NCBI GenBank assembly: GCA_963739995.1
Contig: CAVUCH010000018.1
Coordinates: 208,922 to 272,921, forward strand
Length of the DNA: 64,000 nucleotides
Direction of reading: 5' to 3'
From: Vicinamibacteria bacterium
GTDB lineage: Bacteria; Acidobacteriota; Vicinamibacteria; Vicinamibacterales; JAENWD01
In this document: positions 54,170 through 61,850 of the stretch, in pieces
How the letters are laid out: each line of letters opens with the position of its first letter
Position numbering within the stretch: position 1 is the first letter of the stretch
Translations under genes and position numbers: made by a program
Notes under the pieces: generated by a model
Seen by the model: only the letters and a program-made list of their open reading frames with translations
Told to the model about the DNA's origin: nothing
The model's database searches: none

Positions 54170-55210
54170 TCACAGCTTGATCTTTGCGAGCGTGTCGAGT
54201 TCCATCTTCACCACGGCATCCGGCAAAGGGGCATATCCCAGCTCCGCTGCGAACTTCTGGCCGTCGGTGAGCATCCACTTCACGAAATCCACGAAGATGC
54301 GCGCCTGCTGCTTGTCTTTCGGATTCTCGTACAGCAGCAGCCAGGTGAAGGACGCGATCGGATACACACCTTTGCCAGGCGGGTTGGTGATCGAGACACG
54401 GAAGTCCTTTGGCATGTTTCCCGCGGCTGCCGCCGCCGCGGCGGTCACGCTCTTGACGTTCGCCTCGACGAACTCCCCTGCCGTGTTCTGCACGGCGCCG
54501 TACCGGATCTTGCTCTGCAGCGCGTAAATCAGCTCGATGTATCCGATCGAGCCGGGCGTCTGCCGGACAAGGCCCGCCACGCCCTCGTTGCCTTTGCCAC
54601 CGACGCCCGTCGGCCAGTTCACGGATGTGGCCACCCCCACTTTCTGCTTCCACTCGGGAGACATCTTCGCGAGATAGTCCACCCAGATGTAGGTCGTGCC
54701 GGACCCGTCAGACCGGTGCACCACAGTGATGTCGGTGGCGGGCAGCTGCACCCCCGGATTGAGCTTCGTGAGCGCCGGGTCGTTCCACTTGTTCACCTTG
54801 CCGAGAAAGATATCAGCCAGCAGCGGGCCCGTGAACTTCAGAGTCGCGTCCACACCTGGGATGTTGTACACCGGCACGTCGGCCCCGATCACCGTTGGAA
54901 GGTGAAGGATGCGGCCGGGCGCCGCCAGCAGTTGCTCCTGGGTCATCGGTCCATCGGTGGCACCGAAGAAGACCGTCTGGTTCGTAATCTGCCGGATGCC
55001 TCCGCCCGACCCGATCGACTGGTAATTGATCTCGACGTTCGGCTTGAGCTTGTTGTACTCGGAGAACCACTTGGAGTAGATCGGGTAGGGGAACGTCGCG
55101 CCGGCGCCATTGATCTTGATGGTCTGGGCTGCGAGGACGACGCCCATCAGGATGGCAATCCCCGTGGACGCGAGCACGGAATAGCGTCGAATTGACCGTA
55201 ACGAATGCAT
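54170..55210 (-). CDS. pstS: phosphate ABC transporter substrate-binding protein PstS
   Basis: A signal/anchor segment is followed by GAGATFPYPIYSKWF and YQSIGSGGGIRQ, which are typical PstS motifs. Confidence 0.9.
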   Translation of the reverse strand: MHSLRSIRRYSVLASTGIAILMGVVLAAQTIKINGAGATFPYPIYSKWFSEYNKLKPNVEINYQSIGSGGGIRQITNQTVFFGATDGPMTQEQLLAAPGRILHLPTVIGADVPVYNIPGVDATLKFTGPLLADIFLGKVNKWNDPALTKLNPGVQLPATDITVVHRSDGSGTTYIWVDYLAKMSPEWKQKVGVATSVNWPTGVGGKGNEGVAGLVRQTPGSIGYIELIYALQSKIRYGAVQNTAGEFVEANVKSVTAAAAAAAGNMPKDFRVSITNPPGKGVYPIASFTWLLLYENPKDKQQARIFVDFVKWMLTDGQKFAAELGYAPLPDAVVKMELDTLAKIKL

Positions 55211-55236
55211 GTGACTGCTCCAGCAAATGACTCAGG

Positions 55237-56346
55237 CTAGAAGTTGACGAGGGCGTGCAGCGCAACCCGCTTCTGCTGGGGTTGCGCAGGCAGAAACCCA
55301 CGGTTGTCCACCTGCTCGTAATCGAGCAGAACCGCCGACGACACGTTCCCCTGGCGCGGGAGCCAGTAGGAGAGTCCGGCGATGGTTCGCCTGCGGTTGG
55401 TGTCGGCGGCCTGGTTCGACTCCATGTCGTCGTACCGAACCAGCCCCTCGAAGCCGTGCGTGAACTTGGGGGTGACCCACACCGAGTACCCGGCGCCGTC
55501 CACCGCCTCCAGCGTGACGGAGGTGCGATCCTTCGTGTCGAGATACTGGGCCGCCGCGTTCGCGTACTTGTGTTCGAAGGTCGCGGCTGCAATGAAGCGC
55601 TTCCGATCGCCATCCCGGACGTAGCTGTCCGCGTCGTAGAAGGCCGTGAGACGCAGTCCGCGCAGCGTTTGGCCGAGCGGTATCGGGCGGATGGTGCCGC
55701 GAATCTGAATGGCCTTCTGATCGTTGGCCTCCGGCCTCGAGTACGTCTCCCCGTTGTAGATGCCGACGTGCACGTCCCCGTAGTTTCCGGGAAACGCCGT
55801 GCGGAAGGAGACGCCGGCATCCGAGGAACTCAGGTAACCTTCGCGGTCGGCGAAAACCGGACCCTGGAAGCGGTAGCGATACACGGTCTCCTCGAAGTCC
55901 ACCCACGGTGTCTGCTGGATGCCGAGTCGCACCCAGGAGCCTCTGGGCATCCAGTCGTCCAGATTCAGCTGCGCGTAGCCGTACTTCAGGCGGAAGGTGA
56001 GGCTGCCGTTCAGGGAGCTGCCGGCACCCGATTCCCGGACGATGTCCGGCGTGACGCGGAACCCGAGCAGGTGGGAGATGTTGCCGGTGACGTTGATATA
56101 CGCGCGGCCGACGTTGAATCCATTGAGGTTCACCACGTTCCCATCGCTGTCGGTGATTTCGGGCTCCACCTGGTAGGTGTAGTCCGTGAAGATCGTGGCC
56201 CCAACCTTGATGCTCGGCGTGTCGTCTGGTGGCGTGTAGCCTGCAGCGGGTGTCACCTGGGCGGCAGCGGGCAGCGCCGCAGTCAGCAGGGCGGCAGCCG
56301 CGAGCGACAAGCGGCCCGTCCCGAACAATCCAGCCGACCGTCTCAA
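55237..56346 (-). CDS. outer-membrane beta-barrel porin (phosphate-selective porin-like by context)
   Basis: TTG start, 5 nt after GGAGA. It has a signal peptide ending AAAQ, alternating beta-strand sequence and a C-terminal ...ALVNF. It lies 26 nt upstream of pstS. Confidence 0.7.
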   Translation of the reverse strand: MRRSAGLFGTGRLSLAAAALLTAALPAAAQVTPAAGYTPPDDTPSIKVGATIFTDYTYQVEPEITDSDGNVVNLNGFNVGRAYINVTGNISHLLGFRVTPDIVRESGAGSSLNGSLTFRLKYGYAQLNLDDWMPRGSWVRLGIQQTPWVDFEETVYRYRFQGPVFADREGYLSSSDAGVSFRTAFPGNYGDVHVGIYNGETYSRPEANDQKAIQIRGTIRPIPLGQTLRGLRLTAFYDADSYVRDGDRKRFIAAATFEHKYANAAAQYLDTKDRTSVTLEAVDGAGYSVWVTPKFTHGFEGLVRYDDMESNQAADTNRRRTIAGLSYWLPRQGNVSSAVLLDYEQVDNRGFLPAQPQQKRVALHALVNF

Positions 56347-56361
56347 TCAGTTCTCCGCGCG

Positions 56362-56426
56362 TGGGTGTTCGCTCAACACTGGAATAGTACCGGTGGGGTG
56401 TTTCGAGTACGGGTCCGGGGTGTTTC
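56362..56426 (-). promoter_or_regulatory. helically phased direct repeats (candidate Pho-box-like sites) plus a -10 element upstream of porin-pstSCA
   Basis: On the coding strand, GAAACACCCC occurs at 56426-56417 and at 56404-56395 (22 bp apart), and CGAACACCCA occurs at 56371-56362 (33 bp further). TACTAT at 56389-56384 lies 5 nt after the second repeat. Confidence 0.4.
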
Positions 56427-56561
56427 CTTGGCGTTAAATGTCTGCGGGGACGGCCTGTCCTGCCCCGCGGCGCCCATGGCGCAAATTGCGGTTCGGTCGC
56501 GGCCGTCGGGTCTTTCCGATTGTAACTTCCTGCGACGGGGGATCGACCCGCCGGCGGGCGC

Positions 56562-58418
56562 TCAGCTGGTGGGTAAGGCGGTCAGCGCCGCTTCAGGGTC
56601 GATCGGCGCGCACACCACGCGATCGCGCCCGGCGCGTTTGGCGTCATAGAGAGCCGTGTCAGCCGCGGCCAGCAGGCCGTCCGGCGTCACGCCGTGGTCC
56701 GGCAGCGCCGCCAGCCCGAGCGATACCGTGATGGCAGCCATGGTCTCTCCGCGAAGCCGCACGGAGAGCTCGCCCACCTGCCGCCGCAGCTCTTCCGCGC
56801 GCTCCTGCGCCACTGTGAGCGACGCGTCCGCAAGCACGATGACGAATTCCTCGCCGCCGAACCGGCAGGAGACATCTTCGCCGCGGAAGGATCGCCGCAG
56901 CAGGCCCGCAAGCTCCTTCAGCACGGCGTCGCCGCCCTCGTGGCCCCAGGCATCGTTGAACCGCTTGAAGTGATCGACGTCGAGCATGATCACCGAGAGC
57001 GGCCCATCCGCGCGCACAGCCCGCCTGCACTCGCGTTCGAGTGTCTGCTCCAGGTACCGCCGGTTGAACAGCCCGGTCAGCGGGTCGACGATCGACTGGT
57101 TCCGGAGCGCCTCACGCAGCCGCAGGTTCGCGAGGGCCAGTCCGATGTGCTCGGCCAGTGCCACCGCCAGGCGCGCCCGTGTGGACTCCAGCCGGTTGTC
57201 CTCCGCGGGCTCCTGATCGTCGATGGAGCTGAAATTCAGCTGCAGGATGCCGAGGTTGTCGCCCTGCGCCATCATCGGCACGCAAATGGAAATGGCACCG
57301 TCTTCCGGGGCCAGGTGCGCGCACCGCAACGGAGACTCGCGCTCCTCCACCATGTGCGGACGACCGCGACGGAACGCCCAGCATTCGCCCGGTCCGAATA
57401 CCCTCTGTCGCGGCGCGGCCGGGCCCCACGTGGCCATCGTCTCGAGCAGATTGCCGGAGGCGCGCAGCACGGCGAGGGCCCCTGAGTCCGCCGGGAACAG
57501 ACGGTGGAGCGCGCAGTGCACGACGCCAAAGATCTCCTCTGCGCTGTGACACGACTGCAGGAGCTGGCCCAGGTCCGTGAGTTGGGCGATCTGCCCGGCG
57601 TGGCGTTCGGCGCGGCCGACCGAGGCGACCAGTCGCTCGTTGCTGGCGACGAGCTCCGACGTGCGGTGGGCAACCTGGAATTCGAGATCCTCCTGGTTCG
57701 CACGCAGCCGGTGATCCTGTTGCTCGATCTCCACCAGCATGCGGTTGAAGTCCTCGACAAGGGCTCCCACCTCGTCGCGACCGGCCGGTGTTGCACGGAG
57801 TGCAAAATTGCGTTCCGACGTCACCAACCGGGCCGTATGCGCCAGGTCGAGAATGGGTCCTGTAATCCAGTGCTGCAGGCGAGCGGAGACGACGAAGGCG
57901 AGCAGCCCGCACCCCGTGAGAATGGCGAGCACGATCAGTCCGAACAGCCGCATACGCGCCGCGAGTTCATCGAGGCCCGACCGGATATACACCGTTCCGA
58001 GCAGTTCGCGGTCGAGGACGATGGGCCGGGCGACGACCAGCGCGCCGTCCTCGAACCGGACGCCGGGCGCCATCGCAGCGGAGGGGGCGGTCAGCCTGGC
58101 GTGGTCCCAGGCGTTGTAGGACGCGAAGACTTGTCCTTTGCGATCGTAGATCGCGGCAACCTGGACGGCGGGCTCGGCCTCCAGCGCGGCAAGGAGCTCG
58201 CCGGCATCCTTGGGGGTGCCGAAGGCGAGTGCCACCTGGCAGTTGCGCCCCACGATGTCCGCGATGACGGTCAGCTTCTGCTCGAGCGCGCGTCGGAACG
58301 TCACGACCTCGTACGCCCCGAGCGCCACTGCCGAGAACAGCAGCGCCAGGACGGTGACCAGCGCCGTCGCGCAGATCAGCTTCAGCCGGATGGATTTGTC
58401 CGCAAAGCGCGTTCTCAT
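56562..58418 (-). CDS. diguanylate cyclase with periplasmic sensor (YfiN/CHASE8-like), HAMP, GAF and GGDEF domains
   Basis: Start at MRTRFADK, overlapping the upstream stop (ATGA). Two TM segments flank a periplasmic domain of about 130 aa. A HAMP domain and a GAF-like region follow, then a GGDEF domain with an intact GGEEF and an RGED I-site 5 residues upstream. Confidence 0.88.
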   Translation of the reverse strand: MRTRFADKSIRLKLICATALVTVLALLFSAVALGAYEVVTFRRALEQKLTVIADIVGRNCQVALAFGTPKDAGELLAALEAEPAVQVAAIYDRKGQVFASYNAWDHARLTAPSAAMAPGVRFEDGALVVARPIVLDRELLGTVYIRSGLDELAARMRLFGLIVLAILTGCGLLAFVVSARLQHWITGPILDLAHTARLVTSERNFALRATPAGRDEVGALVEDFNRMLVEIEQQDHRLRANQEDLEFQVAHRTSELVASNERLVASVGRAERHAGQIAQLTDLGQLLQSCHSAEEIFGVVHCALHRLFPADSGALAVLRASGNLLETMATWGPAAPRQRVFGPGECWAFRRGRPHMVEERESPLRCAHLAPEDGAISICVPMMAQGDNLGILQLNFSSIDDQEPAEDNRLESTRARLAVALAEHIGLALANLRLREALRNQSIVDPLTGLFNRRYLEQTLERECRRAVRADGPLSVIMLDVDHFKRFNDAWGHEGGDAVLKELAGLLRRSFRGEDVSCRFGGEEFVIVLADASLTVAQERAEELRRQVGELSVRLRGETMAAITVSLGLAALPDHGVTPDGLLAAADTALYDAKRAGRDRVVCAPIDPEAALTALPTS

Positions 58419-59029
58419 CGGGTTGCGCCTCCGGCGCCACGAACCGACGAGGCCAGCGCCAGCAGGCGGGCGCTCATCGTCAGCTTCGCCCGGTCTGCCG
58501 CGGAGGCGTTTATGTCGAACCGGACATACGACCCGTTCATCGTGAGCCCGATGATGCCGCCGCGCTGCGTGAACCGGTCGACCTCGCTGATGCTGAGGAC
58601 GGGCGTCGATCCGAGCCGGTCGATGATGTCCTCCACACGCTTGTTCTCCGAGAACGCGATGAAGGCGACGTGGCACCCCCCGGGCAGATCATGTGACCGC
58701 CTGATCGTCACCGATCGTCCCTTGACCGTGCGCCCCTGCAGGGCATCGTCGAGCGCGCTGCCAAAGGGGTCGACGCCAAGTACGCACACGACCACAGGCG
58801 ATCCCGCGTCGGCGAATGCCGCCGACGGCCAATCCACGAAGCGGGCGATGTTGTAGACGAAAGCGGCCTTTACCCGGTATTCGTCGGCACGCGAAGTGGC
58901 GGCAGGCTCGCCCGGCACGCTTGCGGCGAGTGCGACGCACGTGACGAACACCCGCACCGTGTTGCGGCGTGCCACGAGGCCGGGTACGCCGGGCCGCGCG
59001 GTCGACGCCCAGGCAGTCAGTAATGCCAC
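58415..59029 (-). CDS. YfiR-like periplasmic protein (DUF4154)
   Basis: The segment YRVKAAFVYNIARFVDWP is typical of DUF4154/YfiR. The start is either 59029 (13-nt overlap with the receptor gene) or the GTG at 58975, which precedes the hydrophobic leader. Confidence 0.75.
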   Translation of the reverse strand: MALLTAWASTARPGVPGLVARRNTVRVFVTCVALAASVPGEPAATSRADEYRVKAAFVYNIARFVDWPSAAFADAGSPVVVCVLGVDPFGSALDDALQGRTVKGRSVTIRRSHDLPGGCHVAFIAFSENKRVEDIIDRLGSTPVLSISEVDRFTQRGGIIGLTMNGSYVRFDINASAADRAKLTMSARLLALASSVRGAGGATR

Positions 59030-61083
59030 GTCGCCCGCACGCGGATCGTGCGGCCGTCCTGCACGATAATCTGCTGCCGATGCTCGACCGAGCCGGGGTC
59101 GCCGTACGACGCGTTGAAGAGGTTGTGCAACGAGGCGGAGAGTCCGATTCCCCGGCGCAACGGGAACCGTGAGAGCGTCACATCGGCCACGAATGCCGCG
59201 GGCACCTGCGCGTCGTGCACCGTGCGACGCGCGCCGATGTAATGGCCGTTGAACGCGGCGATGATCCCGCTGCGCGCCAGCGGCGCGTCGAGCACCACGG
59301 TAGCGACCTGGCCGGGTGAATTGCTGACGCTGAGGCGCGTCGCCGTGTCGCGTGTTGAACCATGCGCGTATGCCATGCGCGTCCGGAGGTGCCCCGGCAA
59401 CTCGGTCTGCACTTCCAGTTCGGTGCCAGTGGCGGTCACCCCTTCGAGGTTCTGATAGTACAAGCCGTCGAGCGTGTCCTCGCTGCCGCTGCGTTGGGTG
59501 ATCAAGTCGCGGACATGGTTCTGAAAGAGCGAAGCGGTGACCTGCACGCGGGCCCCAATCCGCTGCTCCGCCACGATTTCACGGGTCGAGATGCGTTCCG
59601 GACCGAGCGCCGCGCTGAGCAGGCTCTCGTCGTAGTACAGCTCGTACGGATTGGGAGCGCGGAATGCCCGTCCATACAGCACCTTTACGGTTGTGGTGTC
59701 GAACGGCGTTGCGATCAGCGCCACGCGCGGGCTCACGGTGGAACCGAAGCCGGCGAAGTAATCGTCGAAGCGAAGGCCCGCGTTCAGCAGCACCTTCGAA
59801 CTGATGCGGAACTCGTCCTCGGCATAGACGCCCACCGTCTGCGAGCCGCGGCGATCGTCGAGCAGGACCCCCGTCTCGTCCATCGCCGACTGGTTCTGTC
59901 GCAGGCTGTTGCGGTACTCGATGCCGCCCGTGAGCGCGTGCCGCTCGAAGCGGCGCACTGCAGTCGCCTCCGTGGTAACCCAGGCGCCGCGGGCGTTATC
60001 CGTGAACAGACCCGGCTCATAGGCGTAAGTGCCGTCGTACTCGTAGTGATCGTAGGCGGCCCGCAGCAGCACGGTCGTCCGCGGGCGAAGGCGGTGCGTG
60101 AACTGCAGATCTACGAACGTGCGCGCGTCGCGCGTGCGAGTTCTCGGGTCGTCGAAGAGTGTCTCGAATGCACCCGTGGGAACCGTCTTGCGGCGTGACC
60201 CGAACCCGGCCTGCAGCTGCAGCGACCCGGTCCTGGCGCTCGCGAACGCACTGCGCGACGCGTCCGCGTCCGCATCGTGCGCGATGCCCGCCCCCGCGGC
60301 ACCGTCGTCGAACTCCGGGTAGTACAACCGGTGATTCCCGTCCGTCGCGAATCCGGTGACGGAGGCAAGCGCTTCGACCCCCCCGGTGGTTCGGCCGCCC
60401 GCGGTGACCCGGCCGCTCCGTGTCGTCTCGGATCCGACTTGCGCCTCCGCCTCGACTCCGTTCAGTGATCCTCCCGGCCGCGTGACGAGATTGACGACGC
60501 CGAAGAAGGCGCTCGTTCCGTAGACAGACGAGCTCGGCCCGCGGATGACCTCCACGCGCTCGAACAACGCGACATCCAAAGGTGATTCGGTGCCCAGCAG
60601 CGCCCCCTCGAAGATCGTGTCGTTCAGCCGGTGACCGTTCACGAGGACGAGCACCCGGCAGTTGTAATCCCCCGGCCGCGCGAAGCCCCGCACGCCCACG
60701 TAGCTGTAGTTACGGTCGTTGGTCACGTAAAAGCCGCGAACGCTGCGCAGCACGTCCGCGAGCGTGCGGTAACCGTGGGTGCGAATCTCTTCGCGCGTGA
60801 TGACAGTTACCGAGGCCGGTGCGTGCGTCACTTCCTGCACCACGCGCGAGGCGCCGAAGACTGTCTCCACTTTCAGCTTCAGCAGATCCTCGAGCGGCAG
60901 GTCGGCCAGCGGGCGCTGTTCGACGACAGCACTCGGTGCCGGCGTCTGTGACCCGTCCGCACTCGGTGCCGGGGTCTGTGCCGCTGCCCGGGCCGGCTGA
61001 GAGAACGCGCTGACACACGCCAGGGCTACCGCCAGACGCGATGCTGTCGATCGACCGCCAGTGGATGGGCAGCGCGTCTTCAC
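59017..61083 (-). CDS. TonB-dependent receptor-like outer membrane protein
   Basis: A signal peptide is followed by LEDLLKLKVETVFGASR, a plug domain (VEVIRGPSSSVYG) and a 22-strand-type barrel ending ...VRATWHY. Confidence 0.85.
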   Translation of the reverse strand: MKTRCPSTGGRSTASRLAVALACVSAFSQPARAAAQTPAPSADGSQTPAPSAVVEQRPLADLPLEDLLKLKVETVFGASRVVQEVTHAPASVTVITREEIRTHGYRTLADVLRSVRGFYVTNDRNYSYVGVRGFARPGDYNCRVLVLVNGHRLNDTIFEGALLGTESPLDVALFERVEVIRGPSSSVYGTSAFFGVVNLVTRPGGSLNGVEAEAQVGSETTRSGRVTAGGRTTGGVEALASVTGFATDGNHRLYYPEFDDGAAGAGIAHDADADASRSAFASARTGSLQLQAGFGSRRKTVPTGAFETLFDDPRTRTRDARTFVDLQFTHRLRPRTTVLLRAAYDHYEYDGTYAYEPGLFTDNARGAWVTTEATAVRRFERHALTGGIEYRNSLRQNQSAMDETGVLLDDRRGSQTVGVYAEDEFRISSKVLLNAGLRFDDYFAGFGSTVSPRVALIATPFDTTTVKVLYGRAFRAPNPYELYYDESLLSAALGPERISTREIVAEQRIGARVQVTASLFQNHVRDLITQRSGSEDTLDGLYYQNLEGVTATGTELEVQTELPGHLRTRMAYAHGSTRDTATRLSVSNSPGQVATVVLDAPLARSGIIAAFNGHYIGARRTVHDAQVPAAFVADVTLSRFPLRRGIGLSASLHNLFNASYGDPGSVEHRQQIIVQDGRTIRVRATWHY

Positions 61084-61290
61084 CAGCTACGTTCCTGCTC
61101 GAAAATACTCACGGCATCCTGCCGCTGCACCGAGGTACGGGCGAAGTCATCTTGGGCTTATCGGACCGCTGCCCTCGCCTCTCCACGCTCGATCCCGCTC
61201 CGCGGCGCCTCCGCGGCCGGCGCCGTGCGAACTCGACAATTGAAACGCGGCGGCTGAGATTCGCGCGCGTTTCGCTGGCGTCAACATTGC

Positions 61291-61716
61291 GTGAGCCGCG
61301 GCATGCGATACGCGATTTGCCTCCTCTCTGTCATCACAGCGGCGTGCTCGGCTGCACCGGGGGCACCTCTCACGGACATCACCGCAACGACAACCGAAGC
61401 TACCGGGCGCTATGAGGTCGTGCAGCGGAGCGTCGAGGGCAAGCGCTATACGCTCCGTGTCGACGCGATGCGACCCGAGCGCGCGCAGGCCATTGCGGAC
61501 CAACTGGTCTCACAACTGCTGGCGCACTCACCCGACGAGGTAGTCGTGGAGGTCAGGCCCCATCAATCGGCGGCTGGGGAGACCACCAGGATTCGCTGGG
61601 TACGCGGGCCGGACGTGCCGGCGGCAGCGGTCTCCCAGCCGCCCGATGGAACGGCTTCTGGCGACCGCATCGGCAATCGGCCCACGGGACAGTCGGGAAC
61701 CGACCCCGACCACTGA
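61291..61716 (+). CDS. putative lipoprotein, hypothetical
   Basis: 141-aa ORF with a lipobox-like LSVITAAC. The C-terminal third is Pro/Gly-rich. I recognise no family. Confidence 0.45.
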   Translation: MSRGMRYAICLLSVITAACSAAPGAPLTDITATTTEATGRYEVVQRSVEGKRYTLRVDAMRPERAQAIADQLVSQLLAHSPDEVVVEVRPHQSAAGETTRIRWVRGPDVPAAAVSQPPDGTASGDRIGNRPTGQSGTDPDH

Positions 61717-61850
61717 GGGTCCGGGGGGCGCACTCCGCCGGCACTGAAGTACTGGCTCCACATTGCTCGAGCTCCGGCTCCACGTCGGATGGGACCGACT
61801 CGAGACCGACACACGCGAACTCGTGGAGCCGGGATCCGTCCGGCGGACAA

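Noticed and set aside
56546-56557. Palindrome CCCGCCGGCGGG just downstream of the cyclase stop as an intrinsic terminator
   Set aside because: It is only a 12-nt GC palindrome with no loop or U-tract, and such strings are common by chance at this GC content.
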